Counted from the stretch's first letter, positions 46,549 through 56,165 are shown. The stretch: DNA of 64,000 nucleotides from an uncultured Verrucomicrobiae bacterium (GCA_963806905.1 CAWEAA010000003.1:785-64784), one strand, 5' to 3'. Notes: a model not told the origin generated them from the letters alone. Program-made: numbers and translations.

Positions 46549-47473
46549 ATCCTGAATTCGCAAGGATGGGGACCTGTGCCAGTAAATCGCGGCAGACTTC
46601 GATCTCGCGCGGCGAATCTTCCGTGAGCGAAACGCGAATCGTATCGCCCAAACCGTCGCAGAGCAAAGAGCCAATGCCGATGGCTGATTTGATGCGGCCA
46701 TCCTCGCCTTCACCCGCTTCGGTCACGCCGAGGTGAATCGGATAATTCCAATCCGGTCCTTCCTGTTCCAGCCGCGCCACGAGCAGGCGATAACATTCAA
46801 TCATCACCTTGGGATTGGACGACTTCATCGAGAACTTGAAGTTGTGGAAATCGTGCTGGCGGCAGATGCGGGCGAATTCCAGCGCGCTCTCGACCATGCC
46901 CAGCGGTGTGTCGCCGTAGCGATTCATGATGCGGTCGGAAAGCGAGCCGTGGTTCGTGCCGATGCGCAGGCAGCGTTTCAACCGTTTGGATTCAAGCACG
47001 AGCGGCGTGAATTTTTCTTCGATCCGTTTCAGTTCAGCGGCGTATTGCTCATCGGTGTATTCCTTGGTGGCAAATTTCTTGGAATCGGCGTAATTGCCCG
47101 GATTCACCCGCACGACCTCGACCCATTTCACCGCCTCCATGGCCGCTTCGGGCTTGAAATGGATGTCGGCGACAATCGGCACGAGGCATTTTTGTGTGCG
47201 CAATTCGGCGAATAATATTTTGCAGGTTTGCCGCGTCCTTGACCGTGGGGGCGGTGATACGGACGAGCTGGCAGCCGACGGCGACGAGTTCGAGCGTCTG
47301 CTTCACGCACTCGGCGGTGTCCATCGTATCGCACGTAAGCATGGATTGCATGACGACCGGATGGTCGCCGCCGATGACGACCCCACCGTGCGCCGGATCG
47401 CCGATGACGATTTCGCGCGTTTTCCGCCGCTGATAAAAGTACGGTGATTCGCAGTAGCGCATGGGCGAATTCT

Positions 47474-48916
47474 TCATCGGTGGGGGGCGAAGACAACAGG
47501 CACATCACGATTGTCACGCACACTGCGCACCCAATCGCCGGTGTCGAAAAACGCGATATAAACCATGAAGCTGATGAGCAGGATCGCAAAGCCGGTCTGA
47601 ATGCTGTTCAGGAATTTGGCGCTGACGGGACGGCGGCGGACGACTTCAAGCAACGACAGCATAATATGTCCGCCATCAAGCACGGGTAACGGCAGGAGGT
47701 TGATCAGGGCAAGATTCACGTTAAGAATGACACTGAACCACAGCACGCGCCGCCAGCCATCGTCGCTTTCAAAGAGATTGCTGTAAACCCGGATGATCAT
47801 CACTGCGCCACCGAGTTGTTGAACGCCAATTTCGCTCTTGCGCGCAAAAAGCGCATGGAGCGTCCCGTAAATCTGACCGACGCTCGCCTTGATTTGGTCC
47901 AGGGGACGGGGATGAACCAGCATGAAATTGGTTTCCTCCCCCCACGCCAGAATGCCGAGCGAAGGGCTGCTGTTGTTTGGTTGGACCGGTCTGACGGCAA
48001 GCAGCGTACGGTCGAACGTGTCATTTCCGTGGCGGATGGTTAGCGCGAGCGGTTTGACCGGACTATTGCTCATCACGTCCTCGGCGGAAACAATGGCCAT
48101 CGGACTGTAAATTTTCTGGCCGTTTAAGGCGACAATTTCATCGCCGTTGTTCAAACCAGCCAGCGCCGCCGGGCTGTTGCTCGCCACCTCGTCAACAATA
48201 ACCTTCATCGCGGGGTAAATCAGAATTTGACGCAGGGATTTGCGTTCATACCACTCGGTTGGTCGGTGATACGGTGCCGCGTATGCCATCTGCTCCTGGC
48301 CATCCCGGAGGTATTTGAGGGTGATGTTCGTGCCTTCGCTGGTGATGATGCGCCAGTTAATGCTGTCCTGCAGTCCCTGGTGAAGCCCTCCCGAAGCCGT
48401 CGGGAAAAAATGGGTCACCGGATGACCGTCAATTTCCAGAATCGTATCGCCCGGTCGCAAGCCCGCATTCCACGCCGGGCCGTCAGGATCGGCCCACCCA
48501 ACCGTTGTCGTATTGTCCGTCTCGTTGCTCGGACGGCCAACACCCCAAACGACAAACGCAAACATGATCGCCAGCAAAAAGCTGAACAACGGACCGGCGA
48601 AAGCAACGATGATTTTGTCCAGCGCGGAAACGTTCGGCAGTTGTTCCACGGGCGTTTCGCCCTTACCCTCGATGGCCTCCATCGTCGCCATTTGCGGCAG
48701 CGCGACATAGCCGCCGAACGGGAGGCAGCCCAGCACGTATTCCACGCCGTTGATTTTCTGTTTCCATAGCGGTTTGCCGAACCAGATGGCGAAGCGGTCA
48801 ATTTTCAGGCCGCGCCATTTGGCAGCCAGAAAATGTCCCAACTCGTGGACGCCGATGAGGAGGTTGAACAGCAGAACCACCTCCAACAGGATGAAAATGT
48901 ATCTCAAAATGGTCAT
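47474..48916 (-). CDS. rseP: RIP metalloprotease RseP (site-2 protease)
   Basis: HELGHFLAA zinc motif, PDZ domains, and a C-terminal NLLPLPVLDGGH motif. Confidence 0.9.
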   Translation of the reverse strand: MTILRYIFILLEVVLLFNLLIGVHELGHFLAAKWRGLKIDRFAIWFGKPLWKQKINGVEYVLGCLPFGGYVALPQMATMEAIEGKGETPVEQLPNVSALDKIIVAFAGPLFSFLLAIMFAFVVWGVGRPSNETDNTTTVGWADPDGPAWNAGLRPGDTILEIDGHPVTHFFPTASGGLHQGLQDSINWRIITSEGTNITLKYLRDGQEQMAYAAPYHRPTEWYERKSLRQILIYPAMKVIVDEVASNSPAALAGLNNGDEIVALNGQKIYSPMAIVSAEDVMSNSPVKPLALTIRHGNDTFDRTLLAVRPVQPNNSSPSLGILAWGEETNFMLVHPRPLDQIKASVGQIYGTLHALFARKSEIGVQQLGGAVMIIRVYSNLFESDDGWRRVLWFSVILNVNLALINLLPLPVLDGGHIMLSLLEVVRRRPVSAKFLNSIQTGFAILLISFMVYIAFFDTGDWVRSVRDNRDVPVVFAPHR

Positions 48917-48974
48917 GTTAAAGCGGAGTAACTATAGCAGTGAAATAATTTACTGCAATCTTTGCGCGAGGCCG

Positions 48975-50121
48975 TCAAATCGCCGCAGCTTCCCGCCGCG
49001 CCCAGGCGTCCGCCGCCAAAATTTGCTCCAGTGTGGGATGGGAAACGACCTTGTGCGCGTCCATCATGCGCCGGACGGTTCCGGTGATTTGCGGGAAATT
49101 GATTTTTTGATTCACGAACGCTTCGACCGCCACTTCGTTCGCGGCGTTCAATACCGCCGGCAGCGTGCCGCCCGCCTCCCCTGCCCGGCGCGCCAAGCTC
49201 AGCGCCGGAAACCGTTCCTCGTCCGGCTCTTCAAAGGTGAGGCTGCCAAGTTTGGCGAAATCGGTCTGCACACGTTCGCTCGGCGCGCGGTCGGGATACG
49301 TGAGCGCGTATTGAATCGGCAGGCACATGTCCGGCGTGGAAAGCTGGGCAAGCATCGCCCCATCCACAAACTCGACCAGCGAGTGGACAATGCTTTGCGG
49401 ATGCACCAGCACGCCGACGCGTTCGATGCCAATGTCGAACAGCCAGCGCGCTTCAATCATTTCCAGGCCCTTGTTGAACAACGTCGCCGAATCAATGGTG
49501 ATTTTCCGGCCCATGACCCACGACGGATGTTTAAGTGCGTGCTCGACCGTGATTTCGGCAAATTTTTCCCTGGGCCACTTCCTGGCGTCGCGAAACGGCC
49601 CGCCGAGGCGGTGAGCCAGAGTTTGCGGACGGAACCGGGAGGTTTCCCGTCGAGACATTGAAAAATCGCCGAATGCTCGCTGTCCACCGCCAGCACGCGC
49701 ACGCCATGTTTACGCGCCTCGCGCATCACGATTTCACCGGCCATGACGAGGATTTCCTTCGAGGCGATGGCAATGTCCTTGCCCGCGCGAATGGCGGCCA
49801 GCGCCGGTTTCAGTCCCGCTGTGCCAACGATGGCGATGAGCACAATGTCCGCCGCCGGCAGCGTGGCGAGTTTGATCAAACCGTCTTCGCCGGAATAAAC
49901 CCGCATCGTCGCCCCCCCAATTTTTCCAGCTCACGGGCCTTCTCCGGGTCGCTGATGGAAATCGCTTCGGGCCGGTGTTTGTGCGCCTGTTTGAGCAGCA
50001 ATTCGGCATTGTTGCCGGCGGCCAGCCCGAGCAGCCGGATGCGGTCCGGCAAATCCTCAGCCACCTTGACGGTGCTGGTGCCAATGGAGCCGGTCGAACC
50101 GAGTAAAACAACGTTTTTCAT
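48975..50121 (-). pseudogene. dxr: 1-deoxy-D-xylulose 5-phosphate reductoisomerase, split by two 1-nt frameshifts
   Basis: Three fragments: 49876-50121 (LLGSTGSIGTST), 49457-49906 (LAVDSEHSAIFQCL) and 48975-49658 (HPSWVMGRKITIDSATLFNKGLE...). The junctions lie at the C7 run 49912-49918 and at 49598-49608. Confidence 0.85.
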
Positions 50122-50143
50122 TTACGATTTACGATATACGATT
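50121..50143. repeat. left arm of the long stem enclosing the four-helix-bundle gene
   Basis: tttacgatttacgatatacgatt (TACGAT 7-mers). Pairs with 50538-50560 at 21 of 23 positions. The two A/C mismatches become G-U pairs on the minus-strand RNA. Confidence 0.8.
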
Positions 50144-50503
50144 GACGCGACCTGATGACGTTCGCGCGGTTTTCGCCGAGGTAACGATAATCGCCAGAAT
50201 TTCATCTGCTTCCTTCATCAAATTTCCCAGCCGTGCTGGTTTGACGAAGTTGTTGTCCACAAGCAATTCCATCCAGAACAAGGATTCATCGCACTCTTCT
50301 TCAACAATCCGGAGTTTGTTGATGAAATCTGAGTTTGATTTGGCCCGGCAGACGGCACGGTAATTCGCGCCAACAGAGGTTCCGCTGCGGAGCAGTTGTT
50401 TCCCCAACGTCTGGGCAATCCAGTTGCTTGGAAGCGCTGAGCAAAGTTTGACAACCCGGTTGGCATAAGCCTTCGTCCGTTGTTTCATTTCATCGCGCGT
50501 CAT
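50129..50503 (-). CDS. four-helix-bundle protein (23S rRNA intervening-sequence protein family)
   Basis: 124 aa (ANRVVKLCSALP...LGKQLLRSGTSVGANYRAVCRAKSNSDFINKLRIVEEECDESLFWMELL). AT-richer than the flanking dxr and cdsA. Confidence 0.8.
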   Translation of the reverse strand: MTRDEMKQRTKAYANRVVKLCSALPSNWIAQTLGKQLLRSGTSVGANYRAVCRAKSNSDFINKLRIVEEECDESLFWMELLVDNNFVKPARLGNLMKEADEILAIIVTSAKTARTSSGRVNRIS

Positions 50504-50537
50504 AAAATCTAAGAGTCAAATCTTCAGCCATCTCGTA

Positions 50538-50560
50538 AATCGTATATCGCAAATCGCAAA
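50538..50560. repeat. right arm of the long stem enclosing the four-helix-bundle gene
   Basis: aatcgtatatcgcaaatcgcaaa. Ends 1 nt before the cdsA stop codon. Confidence 0.8.
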
Positions 50561-50561
50561 T

Positions 50562-51482
50562 TCAAGGATGTGTTAAAATATGCCTCAAATACAAATACAT
50601 GATGGGCGCGTTGAATAAAAGACTATCGAGCAGGTCGAGAATGCCGCCGATGCCGGGAATCAACCTGCCCGAGTCTTTCACGCCTGCTTCCCGTTTGAAC
50701 AGTGATTCAATCAAATCGCCGATGACGGCAGCAATGCTCAGGACGATTCCGAGAATCACGGCGTGGAGGAGATTCATTCCGGTCATTTTCGCGCTGAAGA
50801 AATGCGCGAACGCCACACTCGCCGCCGTCGAAACCAGAATCGCACCGCCGAAACCTTCCCACGTTTTGCCGGGGCTGATGCGCGGGACCATTTTATTCCG
50901 GCCGATGAGCGAGCCGACGGCATACGCGCCGGTGTCACTGAATTTCGTCACGAGAATGAAATAAAGCACATAATATTTTCCGCCGTCGCCGATGCCGGGG
51001 AAGAAATTGATTTTCTGGATGAAGTTCAGCAACCACGGCACATACATCAGGCCGAACAGCGTCGCGGAAATGGCCGCAATGCCGGCCGTGTTGCTGCGTG
51101 AAACAAATTGCCGCACGCACAAACCGAGCACGAACAGGATGATGAAACCGGTTTCAAAATCGTTCACGCGCGCCGGGGAACCAGACGTGCCGAGATGCCC
51201 GGTCAGGTTCAAAAAAGTTCCCAGCATCAATAACAGCCCGCCGAACAGCCCGCACCATTTGAAGCAGACCAGGCTGCGCTTTTCGGCCAGACCGTAAAAC
51301 TCCGCCAGGCCGGTCATGCCCAGAACAACCATGATGAGAATGAACACGCCCTTGGAAATCAGGGGGCTGGTGGAAAACAAGGCCGCGATGATGACCGTCC
51401 AGAGAACCACCGAAGTGATCAATCGGCGGAGAAATACTTTTGACTTTGAAGGCGTTTGGGCCGCCACAGCCACGTCTGACAT
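50562..51482 (-). CDS. cdsA: phosphatidate cytidylyltransferase
   Basis: Multi-TM protein with the C-terminal CTP-transferase signature SLFKREAGVKDSGRLIPGIGGILDLLDS. ATG at 51482. Confidence 0.85.
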   Translation of the reverse strand: MSDVAVAAQTPSKSKVFLRRLITSVVLWTVIIAALFSTSPLISKGVFILIMVVLGMTGLAEFYGLAEKRSLVCFKWCGLFGGLLLMLGTFLNLTGHLGTSGSPARVNDFETGFIILFVLGLCVRQFVSRSNTAGIAAISATLFGLMYVPWLLNFIQKINFFPGIGDGGKYYVLYFILVTKFSDTGAYAVGSLIGRNKMVPRISPGKTWEGFGGAILVSTAASVAFAHFFSAKMTGMNLLHAVILGIVLSIAAVIGDLIESLFKREAGVKDSGRLIPGIGGILDLLDSLLFNAPIMYLYLRHILTHP

Positions 51483-51560
51483 GCAGGTGAAGGATAGCAA
51501 GCGTACGGGGTATTGCCAATTGCCAATTGCGGATCCGCCTTCCAAGGCGGAGGGAACATT

Positions 51561-51597
51561 GGAAATAAAAAGAGGCCGGGTCACTACTCCGGCCTCT
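51561..51597 (-). terminator. rho-independent terminator (minus strand)
   Basis: On the minus strand: AGAGGCCGG-agtagtgac-CCGGCCTCT followed by TTTTATTTCC. 9-bp GC-rich stem and a 9-nt loop. Confidence 0.6.
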
Positions 51598-51998
51598 CAA
51601 TGAGAACTAAGCGCTCAAAAATCCATTTTCGCAGTTGCGCTACTACGAACTTTCATTGGATGCGGCACCGCAGCTTTGCGCCTTACTAACACACGAAACA
51701 CTGCACGTTTGCACCTCAACTACGCGGTCACTCTACCAAATGCCCTGTTTCCCGCCAGTCACCAGTTCTGGTTACAAAAGAAACCGGGACTATAACTTTC
51801 ACAAACCCATTTAGTTTTCATGCCGAACAAAATCAATAACCCGGGGGAAAACAAGGGTTTTAGTGGATTTTGTCCGGGATATAAACTCCAGATTCCCCCG
51901 GTTCAACCAATGGTCATCTTCCACGGACTCGGGGATAATTCCAGCAAACTGTGGTTTGCCGTCAGGTCACGAAATGAAATCCACGCAAGTATTCGATT

Positions 51999-52625
51999 TT
52001 AACGGCGCAAGAATTTGGCCACGGCTTCAGTCCGGGTGCGAACCTGCAGTTTTTCGTAAACGCGGCGGATGTAGGTGTGGACGGTTTCGTAGCTGATGCC
52101 GAGTTTGTCGGCAATTTCCTTGTAAATCAAACCCTGGCTCAACAGATCGAGCACCTGCTGTTCGCGTTCGGAAAGATTTTCCGTGGTTTGCGCCGAGGCC
52201 TCGCTTTTTTGAAACGATTGCACGACCTTGCGGGCAATGTGCATGGTCATCGGTGAACCGCCCCGGCACACATCCTGAATGGCTTCCAGCAATTCCTTGC
52301 TGGAGGTGCGTTTGAGCAGGTAACCATTGGCACCCACCGCCAGCGCATTGAAAATATTTTCCGTGTCCTCATAAACCGTCAGCATGATCACCTGGGTTTC
52401 CGGAACCAGTCGCTTCAACTGCCGCACACATTCGACGCCGTTCATGCCGGGCAGATTGATGTCCATCAGCACCACATCGGGACGCACCTGTGGCAGGTCC
52501 TTCACCGCGTCCTCGGCATTGGCATACTGGCTCACGCAGCGAAAGCCATCGGCGCGGTTGAGCACGCGGGCGAGTGTCGCTCGCAGCTTGTCGTTGTCTT
52601 CCACGATGCAAACGGAAATGGGCAT
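51999..52625 (-). CDS. NarL/FixJ (LuxR-type) response regulator
   Basis: Receiver domain (VCIVEDND...DVVLMDINLPGMNG) and LuxR HTH (LSEREQQVLDLLSQGLIYKEIADKLGISYETVHTYIRRVYEKLQV). Confidence 0.9.
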   Translation of the reverse strand: MPISVCIVEDNDKLRATLARVLNRADGFRCVSQYANAEDAVKDLPQVRPDVVLMDINLPGMNGVECVRQLKRLVPETQVIMLTVYEDTENIFNALAVGANGYLLKRTSSKELLEAIQDVCRGGSPMTMHIARKVVQSFQKSEASAQTTENLSEREQQVLDLLSQGLIYKEIADKLGISYETVHTYIRRVYEKLQVRTRTEAVAKFLRR

Positions 52626-52635
52626 GTTCTCGAAT

Positions 52636-52671
52636 CTTAATCCTGGTCCTGATCTTAATCCTGATCCTGAT
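52636..52671. repeat. 2 x 18-nt tandem repeat in the kinase-regulator spacer
   Basis: cttaatcctgGtcctgat / cttaatcctgAtcctgat. Confidence 0.7.
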
Positions 52672-52706
52672 CACCAACACGTTTAAGAATACGATCTGGG
52701 TTAAGC

Positions 52707-55700
52707 TTAAGAAAGCTTTGAAATCGGAACGGTCAGGCGCACCAGCGTTCCGCCATCGGGTCCGGGGCCGATTGAAAATCCTCCGTGAAGGCCTTCCATC
52801 CGCTTGCGCATGTTGCGAAGGCCGTTTCGCGTCGCTGCCGCGCCCGTATCCGGGCTGACCAGCCCGCGCCCATTGTCTTCGATTTCCAGGGTGAAACAGC
52901 CCGGCTGCAACTGCAATCGAATACGGGCTTCGGACGCCTGGGCATGTTTGACCACGTTGTTGACGGCTTCCTTAAAGGCGAGAAAAACATTGTGCCGGAC
53001 TTCCGGTGGGATCGTGCTGGCCGGCAATTGGGCGGGCACGTCCGCCCGGTAACGCAACCCCGCCAGGGCGAAATATTCCTGCGCGTATTTGCAGATGTAA
53101 TTGACCAGGCCGTCCAGCGTGTCATTGGCAGGGTTGACCGCCCAGACGATTTCGTCGAGTGAGCGCGTCGTTTCACGCGCGGTTTGAGAAATCTGCTGGG
53201 CATGCGCTTCAATTTCCTCTGGCGCATTTTTGTCCGCCCCCGCCATTTCGCCCAACAACGCCACCTGGGTAAGGTTGGCGCCGAGCTGATCGTGCAGGTC
53301 GCGGGCAATGCGGGAACGTTCGCGTTCGAGCGCTTCCCGCTGTTTGAGTATCTGCAACTGGCGATGCAATTTTTGCGTGGAAAGGTAACGCACCACGGCA
53401 ATGATGAATCCCAGAAAACACACGATGGCCGTGGCGCGAAACCAGCCGGTCTCCCAGAATTGCGGTTGCACGGTGACGTCAAGGAAACTGCCGTTTTCAT
53501 TCCACACGCCGTCTTCATTGCAGGCGATGACATGAAAACGGTAATGACCAGGCGGCACTTCACTGTAATAGGCAACCCGCGTGTTGCCAACCTCCGTCCA
53601 CGCGGTTTCGCGACCTTCCAAACGGTATTTGAACCGCACTTCGTCTGGCGCGGTGAAATTCAGGGCCGTGTAATGAATTTCCAGTTGCACCATCAACTGC
53701 TTGTTCCCGGGCGCAATGGTGATGGATTGCGGCCACGCTGAAGCGAGCAGGTTGGTTCTTTGCTCATGTCCGTCAACGCGTACGGATTCGATCATGACCG
53801 GCGGCGGTCGCAGATTGGGTTTGAGTTCCGCCGGATTCACCGACACGAATCCTTTGACCGTGGGGAACCACAACCGGCCATCATGCGTGCGGATGGCGGC
53901 GGGCTGCGCGCCAATGGAACATTCGCGCGTTGGCAATCCGTCGGCCTCGCCGTAAGTCCGGCAGGAAATGGAGTTGGTCGTTCCCAGGGCGAAATCATCC
54001 AGCGATTTTTTTTGAATCCGCATCAAGCCCATGTTGGAGCCGATCCATAAATTGCCTTCGTCATCTTCGATGATGTAACCGATGCTGTTGCTGGCAAGGC
54101 CACCGCGGGCGGTGGAAAAGCGCGCCCACTTTCCATTTTGAAACCGCGCCAAACCGTGACCGGACGTTCCGACCCACAAAACGCCGTCTTTGTCCAGATA
54201 GAGGGCGGAGATGTCGTTGCCGGGCAGCCCGTCTTCTGTTTGCTGATAAGAAATGAATTTTCCGTCCTTGAAAATATTCAAGCCCCGGCCTTCCGTCCCC
54301 ACCCAAAAATTCCCTTCGGCATCTTCCGCAATGGCCCGAACGGCATTTTCGGACAGGCCATCCCGCGTCGTGAACATTTTCCAACTTTGCCCGTCCCGGC
54401 TTGCCAGACCGTTTTGGGTGCCGGCCCATAGTTTTCCGTTGTGATCCTGGAACAGCGCATAGACCCACGGGCCGAGAATTTCCGCGCCGGGCGCAGGTTG
54501 GAAACGATTGGTTTGAAATCGGAACAACCCTTCATAGAGCGTGCCCGCCCACACCTGCTGGCGGTCGTCAACCAGCACCGACCACGCATTTGACAAAACG
54601 CCCACGCCAAAATCCTGCACGGAATTCGTAAGACAATACGACAGTCCCTGGGCGTTGAAGGTGGTCCACAGCCCCCCCTGCGCATCCTCGGACAGGGAAA
54701 GCGCCGCCCAGGGATGAAGTTCCGCCGGCATGTTGAAAACTTTTCGTTTAACCCGATCCAGGCCGTCACCGTCCGTCCCCACCCAAAGATTTCCCTCGCG
54801 ATCCATGCACAAAGAAAGGACAAACGCGGACGATAACCCCTCGCCATCTGAAACCTGCTGGAATTTTCCATCGGCTTCATACCAAAAAACGCCGGCGCCC
54901 CGCGTCCCGACAATCAGGTTGCCGTCCTTGTCTTCGCAGGCGGCTTTGACCGGTAAATTGCCCCAGGGATACGCCCCGAAGTCTTTTTCCACTCCGCCGG
55001 ATTTCCACTTTTGGACCCGGCCGTTCATCAACCGCCAGATGCCACCGTTCCGGCTGGCCAGAATGAAATCCAACCTTTCTGCCCGAACCGACTCATCAAC
55101 CACAATTGCCCGTGAATTAAAATTTTCAGGACGGATGGAAAACATTCCGCTGACATCCGCGACCCAAAGCGCGCCGGATTTTTCAGCCGCAATCATCCGG
55201 CAAATCGGGGGGGTGGGAAAATTCAAATTCAACACCTCCATTTTCCCATTCTGATAACGGGCCAGATGCGAATCGGCCGTGTAAAACCACACTGTGCCGG
55301 TGGAATCTTCGCAGACCGATGTCAATTTGCCTTCCTGACCCGCGCGCCCGAGTTCAAAATTTTTGACTTTTCCATCCAGTACCAGACCCACACCCCCCTT
55401 GTCGGTCCCGACCCAAAGATTTGTGTGGCTGTCTTCGAACAAACAAATAATCCGGTCGCTATTGAGGCCGGGTGTGATTTCCTCGTCGAAATTGGTGAAA
55501 CGAATCCCATCAAAGCGCACCAGGCCGTTCAGCGTTCCCAGCCAGAGATAACCGTCCCGGGTTTGTATCACCGAAATGACCGAGCTTTGTGGAAGCCCTT
55601 CCCGGGTGCCCCAGGCATCCACAATGAAGTGCGAGCCGGGTTGGCCTGCCACGCCGGCAATGGCTGAAAAGGCGGAAACCGATTCGCACAACAGCAACCC

Positions 55701-55889
55701 GGCAAACAACAGCGCCCGGCAATACTTTGGCCTGCCCAATTTTTCGAATGATCCCAAGTGGATGTGAATATGTTCGGGAGAAGATACGATTCCCGGGGTG
55801 AACATGAAAATATTTTTTAAGAAATCGCTTGCCACGCCCGCGTGATGGGCTAGGTTACCTTTGCCCAATGAGAACTGGGTGCTCCGCAT
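52707..55889 (-). CDS. sensor histidine kinase with periplasmic beta-propeller/Y_Y_Y sensor module
   Basis: Repeated WVGTxxGL propeller blades, one TM, HisKA_3 (RIARDLHDQLGANLT) and an HATPase domain (LEIEDNGRGL). The exact start is uncertain. Confidence 0.85.
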   Translation of the reverse strand: MRSTQFSLGKGNLAHHAGVASDFLKNIFMFTPGIVSSPEHIHIHLGSFEKLGRPKYCRALLFAGLLLCESVSAFSAIAGVAGQPGSHFIVDAWGTREGLPQSSVISVIQTRDGYLWLGTLNGLVRFDGIRFTNFDEEITPGLNSDRIICLFEDSHTNLWVGTDKGGVGLVLDGKVKNFELGRAGQEGKLTSVCEDSTGTVWFYTADSHLARYQNGKMEVLNLNFPTPPICRMIAAEKSGALWVADVSGMFSIRPENFNSRAIVVDESVRAERLDFILASRNGGIWRLMNGRVQKWKSGGVEKDFGAYPWGNLPVKAACEDKDGNLIVGTRGAGVFWYEADGKFQQVSDGEGLSSAFVLSLCMDREGNLWVGTDGDGLDRVKRKVFNMPAELHPWAALSLSEDAQGGLWTTFNAQGLSYCLTNSVQDFGVGVLSNAWSVLVDDRQQVWAGTLYEGLFRFQTNRFQPAPGAEILGPWVYALFQDHNGKLWAGTQNGLASRDGQSWKMFTTRDGLSENAVRAIAEDAEGNFWVGTEGRGLNIFKDGKFISYQQTEDGLPGNDISALYLDKDGVLWVGTSGHGLARFQNGKWARFSTARGGLASNSIGYIIEDDEGNLWIGSNMGLMRIQKKSLDDFALGTTNSISCRTYGEADGLPTRECSIGAQPAAIRTHDGRLWFPTVKGFVSVNPAELKPNLRPPPVMIESVRVDGHEQRTNLLASAWPQSITIAPGNKQLMVQLEIHYTALNFTAPDEVRFKYRLEGRETAWTEVGNTRVAYYSEVPPGHYRFHVIACNEDGVWNENGSFLDVTVQPQFWETGWFRATAIVCFLGFIIAVVRYLSTQKLHRQLQILKQREALERERSRIARDLHDQLGANLTQVALLGEMAGADKNAPEEIEAHAQQISQTARETTRSLDEIVWAVNPANDTLDGLVNYICKYAQEYFALAGLRYRADVPAQLPASTIPPEVRHNVFLAFKEAVNNVVKHAQASEARIRLQLQPGCFTLEIEDNGRGLVSPDTGAAATRNGLRNMRKRMEGLHGGFSIGPGPDGGTLVRLTVPISKLS

Positions 55890-56033
55890 TTAAAAAGCGG
55901 GCTTCGGCGGGTTTCGGCGATGAAAATCGTGTGTGATCGCCGGACCCGCCGATTTTTTATTGCCTGCAAAAAACTTGTCGTCCGGGGCCAAAGCGGCATA
56001 GTAGCCATTGTTCAGAAACAGGCAGAATTGGCT

Positions 56034-56109
56034 GGGGTCGTAGCTCAGTTGGTAGAGCGGCTGGTTCGCAATCAGCAGGTCAGGGGTTCGAATCCCCTCG
56101 GCTCCACCA
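56034..56109 (+). tRNA. tRNA-Ala (anticodon CGC)
   Basis: 76-nt cloverleaf. Acceptor GGGGTCG/CGGCTCC with the G3:U70 alanine identity pair. D arm GCTC-AGTTGGTA-GAGC. Anticodon stem GCTGG/TCAGC with loop TTCGCAA. T arm AGGGG-TTCGAAT-CCCCT. CCA is encoded. Confidence 0.95.
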
Positions 56110-56111
56110 GT

Positions 56112-56165
56112 CTTCGCTCGGAGCGCAGCGCAGAGCGAAGACTGCCGCGCCGTAGCGTAGCGAAG
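56112..56165. repeat. hairpin-containing direct repeat, copy 1 (after tRNA-Ala)
   Basis: CTTCGCTCGGAGC-gcagcgca-GAGCGAAGACTG plus about 20 nt of weaker similarity. Repeated at 56489-56542. Confidence 0.7.

Noticed and set aside
51600-51998. tmRNA, RNase P RNA, SRP RNA or 6S RNA in the orphan region
   Set aside because: I found no tRNA-like 3' end or alanine-resume tag frame (tmRNA), no GGAAAGTCCGGGC-type P4 core (RNase P) and no CAGGTCCGGAAGGAAGCAGC motif (SRP). 6S RNA cannot be excluded by eye.
56110-56144. Intrinsic terminator after tRNA-Ala
   Set aside because: The stem is a good 10 bp but no T-tract follows. It is listed as a repeat rather than a terminator.
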